Shown piece by piece: positions 30,221 to 43,749 of a DNA stretch of 64,000 nucleotides; within the stretch, counting starts at the first letter, position 1; every line of letters starts with the position of its first letter. The stretch covers positions 4,092,001 through 4,156,000 of the forward strand of contig OX597821.1 in NCBI GenBank assembly GCA_951406725.2, written 5' to 3'. The translations under genes and the position numbers were made by a program. The DNA is from Octopus vulgaris (Eukaryota). A model generated the notes under the pieces. The model searched no databases. It saw only the letters and a list, made by a program, of their open reading frames with translations, and had not been told where the DNA came from.

Positions 30221-31122
30221 AACGTAAAACTTAAAACGTAGAACGCAAATACATGATTTGGAATTTTGTTATGATAGAATTGTTTATCTGGGGTGACTGT
30301 ACTGAATTGTATTGTCTATATATACATAAATATGCATAAATAGGAATGAACTACACAAACAAATCTAAGTTATAGAAATTTCACTAAACAGTGGTGAAAA
30401 AAATATCTGTTTTAAAGATATAATGTTTAGTGTAATTCAACTATCGTTTATTATCACAAAACGATTATATTTATATATTTTTTAGATCTGAAATCAATTT
30501 ATTATTTTAATTTTTTTTTTCTAGCGGCCATTTCGTGATAAGTTATATGGTTTTCAATGTCATTAATCCTATGTTTGAAGATATTTATGTTTATAAACAG
30601 AGTATTTTATCTCATGGCTGATTCTTTATCACACGTATATTCATTCATGTGTTAGTGACACAGATGGGGTTTAAATATGCTCTATAGTATACATTCCTGT
30701 CTGTGTATGAATGCGCATGCATGATTTGATAGTGCGAGTGAATGCCTGGGGATATGTTTTATTTCTAAATATGTAAGCGTTAGTAACATGCATGTGAATA
30801 TATTTTTGAATTATTGTGTGTAATTGAATATTGCCGAGTTATTGAATAAACTACCATTCAGAAATATTATTGAAATATTCGATGTACTAAAATGAATAGA
30901 TTCCAGGTAAAACAGTGTTCTTTTGTATTTGCTTTTGCAATAATGCAAAAACAAATCGATTTAAGAAAAACGGGAAGAATCAAATAATAAGAAACACATC
31001 AACATAGCATTGCCATTATAGAGAAAATAGCACTGTTAGGCATCGTACCTATATTGCGTAGATGACTTTGAATATAATAGAAAAATGACAAAAGTATATT
31101 ACAAAACATTGCTGTGATTTAT

Positions 31123-31470
31123 CGGTGCAGGCATGGCTGTGTTGTTAAGAAGATCACTGTGCCACCACTCGGTTTCCAGTTCAATTTCCCAGCGAAACAA
31201 CTTGTGCAAATGATTTCTGCTCCAACCTCCATGCCAACCAATGTATTGTGAGTGAATCTGGTAGACGGAAAACCGTCATATATATATATATATATATATA
31301 TGTCACTCTCTTCGTCCGCCTATCACTCGAGAACTGCTGTTGGTTCGTTTACGTTCCCGTTAAGTAACAGTTCGGCAAATGAATAAGTATGGCTCGACTT
31401 TTTCGAGTAAAGCAATCACGGCGGTGCTCCAGCATGACCCAAGTCGAGTGCCTGCAACAAGTGAACGATA
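31123..31470 (+). mobile_element. SINE family A, old full-length copy
   Basis: ggtgcaggcatggctgtgttgttaag head; ggcggtgctccagcatg tail. Confidence 0.75.
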
Positions 31471-31622
31471 ATATATTCACAAGTTAAACCCAAACATCAA
31501 TAATGCATATAAACTATACTTTCAAATTAAAATGGTTGGAAAATTTAATAATATGGTTTAATACTGTCTTATCAAATATTCTCTGAACGTCATGCGACAC
31601 AAGGTATGACATCCATGGCGTA

Positions 31623-31700
<78 letters not shown>

Positions 31701-31814
31701 CATATCAAGTGACGTAGCGTATTCTATATGTAACCTATCATTGGATATGGCTGACCAGATTTCGATTATATACATACATACGTACGTACACGCATTTATT
31801 TTTGTATCTATTTG

Positions 31815-32180
31815 TATCACTCGAGAACTGCTGTTGGTTCGTTTACGTTCCCGTTAAGTAACAGTTCGGCAAATGAATAAGTATAGTACCAAATTGAAAT
31901 ATTCTATAAACGAATATCGCTTGAAACTAAGTTGTAGAGAAAGGTTTGCATTCAGCGATGGAATAAAGGAAATAATTCTTATCAACGCTTGGTAGTCGAT
32001 GTATAAATTTTTCATAAATCCTCATGGTCAAAGATAGCAATCTATGGCGAATTTATGTGAGGAGTGAAATACCCTACGATTTAGACAGTGAACTCTCGTT
32101 AGCAAGAAATAACGTTTTGAGGTCAATACCGCGATAGTTTATGGTGTAGGTAGTAGATAGTACAATACGGAATATGCAAT
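31815..32180. repeat. Composite templated segment: 70-bp direct copy of 31321-31390 joined to the 298-bp inverted copy of 28810-29107
   Basis: Direct sequence comparison; 2-nt (AT) overlap at the junction 31883-31884. Confidence 0.92.
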
Positions 32181-32685
32181 AAGTACACATATGTATGTAT
32201 CTGTGCGTGTATGTAGGAGCACATGCATGCGCATGTATATGCGTACCTCTCTCTGTGTCCGTGTGCGTATATATTTATATGCGTATAATATATATATATA
32301 TCAACATATGCAAATCTGTATATACATATATGTGTTATGTACGTGTAGATGAATGCAAGTATCTGTTCATCTCTCTTTCTCACTTCTTTTTTCTCCATCT
32401 CTTGTTCGTATATATTTGTTCAATGTTGTTTATATATCATTTTATTTATCCTTTTTACGCTTCAGTTCTATATTTAAGAGATGAGGAATTATGTACATTA
32501 TTTACGTTATTTACATTTGACTGATGAGGACAAATATCCGTCAAATGTAAATAATGCAACTAAAGTACTTTCTACTGTTGTCCAATTTAATCTTACCTCT
32601 GTGTCTTTAATCGCAAACTGATTTTGTTTTTCTCTCTTTTCTTTCTATTTTCTTCTTCCTCTCTCTCTCTCTCTCTCTTTCTATA

Positions 32686-32726
<41 letters not shown>

Positions 32727-33190
32727 ATGTGTGTACATATATACATATATACATATGTGACTGTTTTCTTGAAAATTTCCCTCAACCAATCTCCGTCACA
32801 TAACCTAGTTTATTGGAGATATAATAGAAATACTTGCCCAATACGCCACACAATCCCCAGAATGTGCGATCGTGAAGCAAGCATCATAATGCAAGGCCTA
32901 CCCACCGCCTATATTGATGGATATTTATTAGAAGGACATCACTACTTACAAATACCAGAAGAATAGAAACCAACTAAAGTGGCGCTTTATCGTTTGATAA
33001 TACAAACGTACCACCGAATGCTGTTGTCTGCTTAACTAAGATAGTATGCTTCCAATCGCAATGAGGTGATGGACCTCTGTGTTTTATGACTGTGCCAATT
33101 AAAAACGTAAAAACCGTTATACTGTACATTGCGTGTCCATGTGGAATTTGTAATCGCAGCAGCAGCAGCAGCAGCAGTAGTAGCAGCAGC

Positions 33191-33238
<48 letters not shown>

Positions 33239-33678
33239 TGTAGTAGTAGTAGTAGTTGTTGTTGTTGTTGTTTTCCATTAAAACAGTGACTACTGCAGTT
33301 GTTGTTTTTTGTTCTGTTTTATACGTTATCCATTTTTCATTCTGCAAGCATTATACAATATAATTAAATTTGGTATAAGTCATGGTGACACGCACGTTTA
33401 AAAAATGATTTATAAGGAAATGGGAAAAAAAAAATTAAATTACATTATTTCAAAAACATACGATTAGTTGCAGTCGATTATGAACAACAAACCTGAACAT
33501 AGGCTTGAAGACAGCAATTTAACTAGGTTTACACACTCAATCGTTATATATACATACATACATAAATACATACATACATACATACATACATACATACATA
33601 CATACATACATACATACATACATACATGCATACATACATACATACATACATACATGCATACATACATTCATACATACA

Positions 33679-33710
<32 letters not shown>

Positions 33711-34950
33711 ATCTTACAATTTTTCGATTGTTATCGTTCTTAAGCTGATCTCATGGTGTGCATAATACCAGATCAACATGTGACTCATGTTATGACTAAC
33801 TATCGCCACTCTTGATTTGTATCTGTAATTTTTGCCTGAATTATGTTTAGGCTTTACGCAAACTTGTTTTGTGTTATATACTGTAATCGTTCAAAATGTT
33901 TCTTCTTTATCTGTTTCTTGTGTGGTGTTTCCGTTTCTAATTCGCATAATTCTTTGTATATTACATATTTCAGATATATTTCTTTTGAGACTAAAAAAAT
34001 GACAGATTAGATATGGCCATAGTTTAAATAAAAGAAGGCTTGAAAGGAACTTTTGTTCACACTAGATTCATCTGTTTTCTTCTGATAAGTGATTAATGGT
34101 AGTAGTATGTTATCGGATGAAATACTTCACTCAATTCGAAATAATAAATTCGTTTGTTCCTTTTCGCTTAAGTGAGATTAGACTGGATGTTCAAAAAGAA
34201 TGTCATGTATATAATAAAATCCACACGCTCTCTCATCGTTAAATTGCTTTCCGATTTTATTTTTTGTTCATAAATTCGAAGTTCGAAAAGATTATTATAT
34301 AAAAATACACATATATAGTGAATATATGTGAGGATGTTTTATAAATTTTCGGATCGAATCGATATCTTGTAATATGTGATAATGTTAGCGTTAGGCTGTT
34401 TGAATCAAGAACGTATGTAAATATTATTGTCAGTCAACCATAAACCTGTCCTTAGCGTTTCATCAAAAGAAGGCAGTAGGTAATAAAGGTAGGTATTTCT
34501 CTCTGTTTCTACTGGTGTTGGTGTGTTCTATACGTATATCATATCTGAGTATAAAGTTTCAAATTATGGATGAGTAGCCCTAAAGGATATATAAACCAAA
34601 CTGTTACCATGCTGCGGTAGGTCCTTAAAAGTTGTTAGTGGAAGAAATCAAAGTCAGGCCTTATTTTTTTTAATGTTTGATCGCTATACCATTCATGATT
34701 TTTTTTTCTGAACTACTAAGTTACGAGGACATGAACAAACCGACACCAGTAATCAAATGGTGATACTTGACAAACACAGACACGAATACACACACACATA
34801 TATTCTACGCCCTTTCATACAGTTTCCATCAACCGTATTCATTATCTAAATCAATGTTATATATGCAAGCTACTACTACTGCCGATGCTACTACTACTGC
34901 CGATGCTACTACTACTACAACTAATACCACTCCTCCTCCTCCTCCTCCTC

Positions 34951-35002
<52 letters not shown>

Positions 35003-35295
35003 AGGAACTGAAAATATTACAAACATTACCACCACCGCCACAACCACCAGTGCTGCTGCCACTACTTCTATTACTGCTATTAATTTGATAAACCCACGCA
35101 AATTATAGATTTCACCAAACGTTTTTTTTTTTTTATTCTGTTGCTTTTGTTCTTTCTACTGTGTTTGATTTGATTCCTATCGGCGCTCTGAGAATGCAAG
35201 ACAGCAGTATTCCCAACAACATAGCTACATTGGGATTTCAAATTTAGAAAGTGAATCGAACAATTTCTAAATTTGCGACGCCATTTATGTATTAG

Positions 35296-35968
35296 AATAT
35301 TAGAAATCAGGAATATTAAATTTCTAAATATCTCATAGAGATATGTACGGTGGTGGAGCGATAGAATGGTTGTATACTGTCAATTTAACGTGACAGTAGG
35401 GGATTACACCACTGCTGTTTAGCCCTAGGAAGCATCGACTCTTCCTGTCGGCTTCGACACATTTCCTGTGTCCTTATATATTTACGAAGGGGAGACAAAT
35501 GACCCCAACAGCTAGGCCTGCATCGAAGCCAACAGGAAGAGTCGATGCTTCCTAGTGATAAACAGCTGCGGTGTAATCCCCTACTGTCACGTTAGATTGA
35601 CATTATACAACCATTCTATCGCCCCACCACCGTACATATCTCTATGAGAGATTTAGAAATTTAATATTTCGATTTTGGTGATCAGTGAATAAACTTCACT
35701 AAAAATTATATATATATATTTACGAAGTCGAGACAGATATCTGCAGCTAGCAGGCTTCTGCTACTCTAGACCGATGATGGGCAAAGACCCTGAAACATGC
35801 GTATATCTAGATGCAGGCCTATTTGTCTCCCCTTCGTAAATATATAAGGACACAGGAAATGTGTCGAAGCCGACAGGAAGCGTCGATGATTCCTAGGGCT
35901 AAACAGCGGTGGTGTAATCCCCTACTGTCATGTTAAATTGGCAGTATACAACCATTCAATATTAGAAA
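35296..35968 (+). mobile_element. Retrozyme-like element, copy 2: 341-nt monomer partial tandem, inverted 5' arm, 11-bp TSD
   Basis: aatattagaaa at 35296-35306 and 35958-35968; gaagcc.acaggaag at 35525 and 35866; 35307-35500 inverted relative to the monomer; HHR at 35765-35811. Confidence 0.8.
35765..35811 (+). ncRNA. Hammerhead motif, variant core CCGAUGA
   Basis: tctaga-CCGATGA-t-gggcaaagaccc-t-GAAA-catgcgta-TA-tctaga; aligns without gaps to 7671-7717. Confidence 0.55.
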
Positions 35969-36207
35969 GTGCTAGTTTAAATCATTTGTGTTTTGTTTAC
36001 TGTATTAGCAACGTATTCCTTCCAACAAAAATCCATCCAGATTATTTGACATGAGTGTTCAAATTTGACGTTAAGTAGCCTCTTCTTTATCTATAACATG
36101 ACACACGTAGCCCTTGATGGCATAAATTACAAACAGAAATACTATCCTCAGGGAGGGTTTCTGCTAGGATAAGTCATGTTGGCTTGAAGAAAATTGCTGC
36201 GAATAGC

Positions 36208-36286
<79 letters not shown>

Positions 36287-36343
36287 TTTACATACATACA
36301 TATACATATATGTATATGTATATATAGTGAGAGAGAGGGAAAA

Positions 36344-36382
<39 letters not shown>

Positions 36383-36919
36383 GATATTATAAAACTATTT
36401 TCAAGTGAACCCCTCAGAGCAGGTGAGATAGACGTGAGGTCTGAGACGATTGATGATTTTCTGCGTTTGAGATAAATCGTACGGCTAAGTAAATCCTATG
36501 CTATGAAATCATGCTGTTTATATGTATACATCAGCAAGCAGCTTGTCCTTGATGCAATGCTCACCCCGAAGCTCATCAGTCTAGGCTCTCCTTTTCATTT
36601 TACCTGCGTCCAATCAGTACATTCCTTTCCCCTCCATCTCCTACTCTACTTCACAATCTCATCCTCACACTCTACATCCCTCACATTCTACACCCCTCAC
36701 CCTATCCAAACCCCATGTCAAAATTCTTAAATATTATCTAAGTATAAATATATCGAAGTATATTTGCCACCTAAATGTGGCTGACCCATACTTCACGATG
36801 TCGTGCTGCTACTGTATACATCTGGCTCAGAGATTTACTATATAAATATATTATATTCTCGGAAAAATCGAAACCAGGCTCAACGAATATCCCATCCCAT
36901 TTAGAATAATTTAATTTCT

Positions 36920-36995
36920 AGTCTTACAGCCGTTTCTGCGATAACTCGTTGTAGATTAGCATGTCCATGCACTGGGTATTCCGTCATCAGAGACT
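36920..36995 (-). ncRNA. Type-I minimal hammerhead ribozyme
   Basis: Minus: agtct-CTGATGA-cggaataccc...gagttatcgca-GAAA-cggctg-TA-agact. Helix I agtct/agact, near-palindromic ACGGCTGT, helix II degenerate. Confidence 0.65.
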
Positions 36996-38110
36996 GAGAT
37001 ATTCGTCCTGCCTTGGATTTGATTTTTCCTATAATATAATATATAACTGCTATAACGGAACCCTAACTTGGATGCCTAGATCGAATCTTAGTAGTGATCT
37101 TAGAACCTAAATGTAGACATTCTATAACACTTACCCAGCATATCTATTCCTTTAGATCACAGTTGAATAAAACCTTTCATATTCTTTATAAATATAAATA
37201 TATATGTATTTATATACCACCTTGTAATTTGAGTGTATGTCGTGCCACATCTTCTCCCTCTCGCATCCCTGTCTATCGCTATCTTTAGTCGAACAAATCG
37301 CTCTCGAAACTTATCCCGTACTATATAGATATTTGCTATTGTATCGTACCTTTTGTCAAACTGCTAAGTTGCATGAAGAGCAACAGCGTAACTCCAGCTC
37401 TGCAGCAGTGCATGGATAAACACAAGCAGAAAGACACAAGCTATTGGGCGGCTCGTGGCTAAAATAGAAGCCACTGACGTGCCAGATAGTGACACTGAGC
37501 CCGAAATCACGTCGTGTCAACGTCAGTTCATTTACCACACTGGGTATGTTGCATCTAAATAGCACCGATTTCTTTGCGGAGCGAATTTTCGATCTCCTGA
37601 CTCGCACTTTATGAGCCCAGTAAGCTTCGACCGTGCCATTTTGCACATGTTCTACTTTACCAATACATATACTTCCTGAGTTCAAATCCCAATACAAGGA
37701 ACTTCTCCGTCATTATTTTCGGATTCGGCCTCAGATGTAGGATCAAATTCATCGATAATACCTTAGCTCATGATGTGCTCTCACCTGCCTATTACAGAAA
37801 AAGAATGTTTAGTGGATGTAAGTACACGCTCAATCTAGAAATCATAAAATTTCCGATGTCTTAGAAATCTTAAATATAATCTTAATACACATAATGCGAA
37901 TTTTCCACCGTTTGAAGTTATAGATAATAAAGTTTTCAATTAATATACGAACAACCATTTATCATTCGGAGGCGTGTACAGGAAATTATTTTATAAATCA
38001 AATAAGATAGAATTGCACTCAAATGAATACACCTCAACCCAAACACACACATATGATTATTTATACGCAATATGCTTACATTCATATATATATATATATA
38101 TATATAAAAG

Positions 38111-38155
<45 letters not shown>

Positions 38156-39970
38156 ATATGTATGTATATATGTATTCATATACATGTTCATATAAATGTG
38201 TGTGCGTGTATGTGTATATATATATACACACATATATATATATATGTATAGTAAATATCATATATACCGTGTGTTTTTGTGTATCGTACAAAACACGCAC
38301 ATGTGTATATGCGTATATATATAAACATAGGTACATAAATAATGGGAATGTTCATATATGTAAATCTATAAATGACGTAAAATTGATCGTAACTCTAGTA
38401 CGTTGATTTCACATTTAGCACAAGAGAGTCGTGCTATTCTTACAGAATGAAACGCAACTACTTCTGTCGCAATCAGCTGTGAAGTAATAATTACAGAAAC
38501 TCCCTTCAACTTGCTGAGTTCTCTCTTACACTTCGAATATCTTTTTGCCACAAATGTCAAGCTCAGTCGTGGATATGAATATCTATGTAAACACGTTTGT
38601 GTGTATATGTGTGTGTGTGTGTGTGTGCATATAGCACGTCGACAACTTTGGGAACTTTATCCCATGAATGTCTACCGATACCTTGTATGCATTGCTGTGT
38701 TAACATCACGTTTAGATTGTTTTATTCGACAAATTTCCTTCGAATACTTATTGGTGCGGATTAGAGACATCCAACTTTACATCAAGTCAACGTATACAAT
38801 TATATAATATTAATAAATAATAGGCTTTAAAAATTTATTCGAAGCAAATTTGAAATTTGAAATATTTACCCAGCTACGTAGCAACACGAAATAAGAGAAA
38901 TGAGAAAAGGTGGGGGTAAAGGAGGGATAGATGAAGGAGGAGGGCGCGGTGGGCTGCACATCTCACAACATGTGGGGTTCTCAGCCGTGCACCGTGGTAA
39001 TGACTGGCATGGCATTGCCGCAGAGAATGGCCAGTGATACTCACCGTAGTAGCCACACCACCTCGCGGTGCTCATTTATCAGACGGGCCGCCGTTAGCCC
39101 AATATTGCCGAGGAAATCTGTAGTACAGGGTCCTGCAGCATCTCTCGTCTCGATGGTGACCGACACCACCTGATAGCGGATTACCAAGCTCCTCGCTACT
39201 CAGGAAAAACAAAGCCGACGTGAAAGAGCGGATGTCAATTCTCTGGATCCTAGTGTAGTTTAGATCCGTTTTCCTTCCAAAATTATGCACGCATTATAGT
39301 TTCAATCTATATAATGTGTATTCTGCTTTTATTTATATATGTATATAATGTGCATTCCGCCATCATCTACTTGATTCGCCAGAAATATAAACGTAGGACG
39401 CTCCGTACTCATCTCTTCCCTACTTATTCTCTGACAAATAACCATCTCCACCAACCCATGCACTTACATCAAACACGCTATCAACATCTTAAACCTTACA
39501 TCTTTTACATACACACCATCACGCTATTTACATAACTTGTGCGTTATATATTTACTAATTTATTTCCATTCAATGATATGCCTTACAATTTATAATCGAT
39601 ATGCTTTCAAATAACATATAATATTAAAATTTTCTCAGTTTCGAAAAGTGGTAATATATTTTCCATCAAGAGCTTCTGCGTTAAAGAAATATATAGAATT
39701 TATAACACATTTTATTCAGTTTATTTGCAAGAAGTAATGTTATTTAGTAGTTTATAGAAAGCGTTTAAAGTCTACACAATTTGAACAAAAGTTGAAGCAT
39801 GTTTACGTTTATCTGAATTTAGGACGGTTTCTCTCTTTCATTTCCTCCATCTTTCAAATACACTCTTAATATACTTTCGCATATAGGTTACTGTTTTATG
39901 TGTCAATATGTATATTTGTGGATACACAGACAGACAGACAGACAGACAGACAGATAGACAGACAGATAGG

Positions 39971-40053
<83 letters not shown>

Positions 40054-40393
40054 CTTTTCGCATCCTTTAGTCTCGGGAGACAATGGAGTTGCGCATAAAC
40101 TAATCAGTCTTTTTTTTTACATTACATGTCCTCTCCAGTCTTGCGCAGGCCTGGGCTAGATGTAAGAAACTCCTGGGTAGCCTAATCGTCAGGATTTCTC
40201 TCTCGACCTTGCTGACATAGTCCAAAGGAGTGCAGAGCATTACGTTTGGCAACAGCCTGGTTGCAGGAGCTGCCGGAAGAGTGTCGAGTCGAGCACTAAA
40301 CCGCCTGCGTGGCTCCACTCCGGATTTCTTTGAAAGTTTTCTCCTTTCCATAACCCTAGATAGGGGCCCATACCAGGTACTGTCAGATAGAGT

Positions 40394-40460
<67 letters not shown>

Positions 40461-40492
40461 GTAGATAGATAGAGGGATAGATAGATAGATAT

Positions 40493-40528
<36 letters not shown>

Positions 40529-41868
40529 TTAGATAGATAGATTGATAGATAAATAGATAGATATTCAAACATGCTTAAATATGGGTGAATATGTACATAT
40601 CTATGTGTGTGTATTTGTGCATTCATGCATGTAACATGTATGAGCTGCATCCATTTCGTGTCGGTATGTGTTTAAATGCATATGTAATTTCGGATACTAT
40701 TTGTTGATTATATTATCGGCTGTGCTTTGTTTAAATGAATTGCTGAATATTACTAACTGAAGCCTTCTTTAGTGACTATCTTCCTTCTCGTGGAAAAATA
40801 TCCATGCTGCAAGATTTAAAAACCATTTTCATAAGTCAATTTAATTACTAAAATATGCTGTTCATTTCGGTGACTTCAGCATTTATATTATTTTGGATGA
40901 AATTTTATAATTTAGATATAAAATTTTTATGATTTATTTTTCTTACGCTTTATACAAATGTTTATTTCTTTTCAGAACGTCCGACGTCTCCTATTGATTT
41001 CCAATAAATGTGTTTTACTTGGCTTCCGTTAATTGTAAGCTTTGACGCAGAATTTACCATCGATTATATATATATATGTATATATATATACATGTATGTG
41101 TATGTGTGTGCGTATGTGTGTGTGTGTGTGTGTGTGTATGTATAATCACGTCATCAAAATATTTCTCTCAACTTTGTTTTTACATCTATATAAAAATCGA
41201 CATTAATTTGTTTATTTATTTTCACACTTGTGCTTCATTTTGATTCGTTTTTTTCTCTCTGGACACGAAATGCTATTTTAAACTACTTATCTCATCCAGA
41301 ATCAAAAGAGGATATAGTTTTCGTCTACGTTGGGAAGAAATGTCATTGACTAAATCTATAGATGTAATTGTCCTTTTATTTTCCTGTTGCTTTCTGTTCA
41401 AATGTTTATGTGGACTTGCTAACCAAAAGTAGAATGAAATAAAAATACTTTGCAATGATTAAATCGTTTTAGAGTCTTCTATTTTAATACTTTTTTTAAG
41501 TCTCTTAGACAACAAATCAATTTATGTAATTGCTATATTATTTTATATGATCAAATTATTGAAAGATATCATTTTGTTTTGAATTATCTTATTTATTGTT
41601 GTCTCGGTCTGATTTCTACGCATTCTCTATTTCACATATGCTTTATATCTCTTTATATACACACGACACGCACACATACATTTATACATGTATCACACTC
41701 TCCCTTCTTCTCTCTATATACATGTGTGGGAGGGGGTACGCTCGTTTGTGCTATTTCATTATTTCATTCCTTTTATACGTCTCAGGCTGCAGTCTGCAGG
41801 CTGCGGCCATGCTGGAGCATCGCCAGCATGTATGAATATGCATATATATTTGTACATATAAGTGTATA

Positions 41869-41907
<39 letters not shown>

Positions 41908-41970
41908 GTGTGTGTGTGTGTGTGTGTGCGTGTGTATGTGAAGTATGATTGTCACATAAATGTTCCTAAA

Positions 41971-42072
41971 CACTAAGGGTGGATGCTACTGTAGTCTGTA
42001 GCCCCAGTCAATAGCCAGCTGGAGAAGATGTTTTCCTGGGGCTACAAGCTACAATAGCATCCAGACTTAATG
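41971..42072. repeat. Hairpin, about 27-bp stem with 28-nt loop
   Basis: ggatgctactgtagtctgtagccccag (41981-42007) pairs with ctggggctacaagctacaatagcatcc (42036-42062). Confidence 0.85.
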
Positions 42073-42154
42073 GTTAGCCACATTTAAGTGGCAAATATAC
42101 TTCACATTGTCGTGCAGCTACTGTTTATACCTTGTAAAGAGATTTATTATTGCG

Positions 42155-42187
<33 letters not shown>

Positions 42188-42263
42188 GTATGTATATATT
42201 ATATATGTATACACACATATATACATGTATACACGCATACACACATGATTATATACGTACGTA

Positions 42264-42315
<52 letters not shown>

Positions 42316-42384
42316 TCACACACAAACCCACATATTTATATTTGTATATGCTACTCGGTTTACAACAGACAACAACATTTGCTG

Positions 42385-42720
42385 TGTCGATCGTAAAATT
42401 TACAAGATCGTAACGTACGTTAACTCATCAGGTTGTTTAAAATAATTCATGTTGCTGAATAAATCATACTGTAAGCAAAATCATGATCTTAACAAATTTA
42501 TGTTGTTTGCTAAATCCTGCGGTTGAGTAAATAGACCTTGTAACTAAATCAAGATAATAACCGAATCGTGATTCCATAGAATATCTAACTTTTAAGAAGA
42601 TCGAGGTAATCTAAAAATACTATTAAGACAATCATACCAAAACGGAAATCGTGTTGTTAAAGAAAACATGCTTCGAGCACATTTTTGTAGTTAAACATAC
42701 GATGCAGTTAACTAAATCTT
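42385..42720. repeat. Degenerate minisatellite, about 17-bp period (AAATCATG...)
   Basis: aaatc-like starts at 42444, 42461, 42478, 42494, 42512, 42529, 42546, 42563. Confidence 0.65.
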
Positions 42721-42879
42721 ACAAAAGATAATATATTTGAAAATACTTATATAGCGCAGAGTATTAGCTATATGTGATTTTAGTGGGGGAAGGTAGAAGA
42801 CGGAACGTTTTGTGGAATTCTGTATTGCATATATGTGAATGAGAATGCGTAAATCATTGTGTGTATTTGTGTGTGCGTG

Positions 42880-43580
42880 TGTTTGCATGGAATGAAAAGA
42901 AAATATACGATCAGTTTGCAAGAGATACAGATGCCAAGATAGGTACCGAAGGCCGGTGGCTATTGATGAGGTGGAGTTACTTGAAGATACAGACAGAAGT
43001 TCTTATATGCGCAGCTCAAGGACAAGCGTTAAGGATCAACTATGTGGAGTGCAGAATCGACACCACTACCGACAGTGACAAACGCAAAATGTGTGGTGAG
43101 AGGAGTGAAACGGTATGGCACATCGTTAGCGAATGCCCTAAATTGGCACAACGCGATAATCTGGCAAGAATGAAACATTGCGAAATCTGTGGCAATCACG
43201 GCCTACAATGAACAAATACGTAAAATAATAAATAAATGCGCCCTTTTAAAGCCTAGCCAGACTCATGGACCCGGTTTCCCGGTTTCTATGTCGTGTGTGT
43301 TCCCCAGCTGGACGGGACGCCAGTCCATCGCAGCGTTACTCAATTTTGCCAGTTGCGTGGACTGGAGCAACGTGAAAGGAAGTGATTTACTCAAGTACAC
43401 AACGCGTCGCCCGGTCCAGGATTCGAAGCCACAATCATGATGCAAAATCCTGTGGGATGCAATGATTCAGTGCGATCTCCTGGCCACAAACCGAGCACCT
43501 GTCGTAGTGAAAAATAAGTAAGAACATGCATGATATCTTACTTGGCATGTCCAGGTGACAACAGAATCAAAGAGAAAGAA
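42880..43580 (+). mobile_element. R4/Dong-like RLE LINE C-terminal fragment, split by a SINE
   Basis: WNEKKIYDQF...LKIQTEVLICAAQGQALRINY...KMCGERSETVWHIVSECPKLAQ (CCHC); resumes KILWDAMIQCD after 43440. Confidence 0.85.
43225..43440 (-). mobile_element. SINE family B nested in the LINE
   Basis: Matches 18375-18629. Confidence 0.85.
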
Positions 43581-43749
43581 GAACTCAGAAACATGTGTTT
43601 GGAAATAAACTATTTATCACATAGCCACGCCTGTTTGGTGATTATCTATTTGGTCATTATTTGTCTCGTAAGATTATCTGTTTGATGATCACCTATATTT
43701 GATGATTATCTCTGCAAGCTTCTTCATGAGCAAGTTTATAAGTGGGTGA

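Noticed and set aside
32507-32554. CTGATGA-gga-caaata-tcc inside a 15-bp inverted repeat, resembling a hammerhead
   Set aside because: No GAAA, helix III or NUH; better explained as an inverted repeat-fragment junction.
34767-35108. Thr/Pro-rich mucin-like ORF
   Set aside because: (CTA)n/(CCT)n microsatellite next to a SINE remnant; no splice or signal peptide support.
42385-42720. CRISPR-like reading of the periodic array
   Set aside because: 17-bp period is too short, the repeat is not conserved, context is eukaryotic and there are no cas genes.
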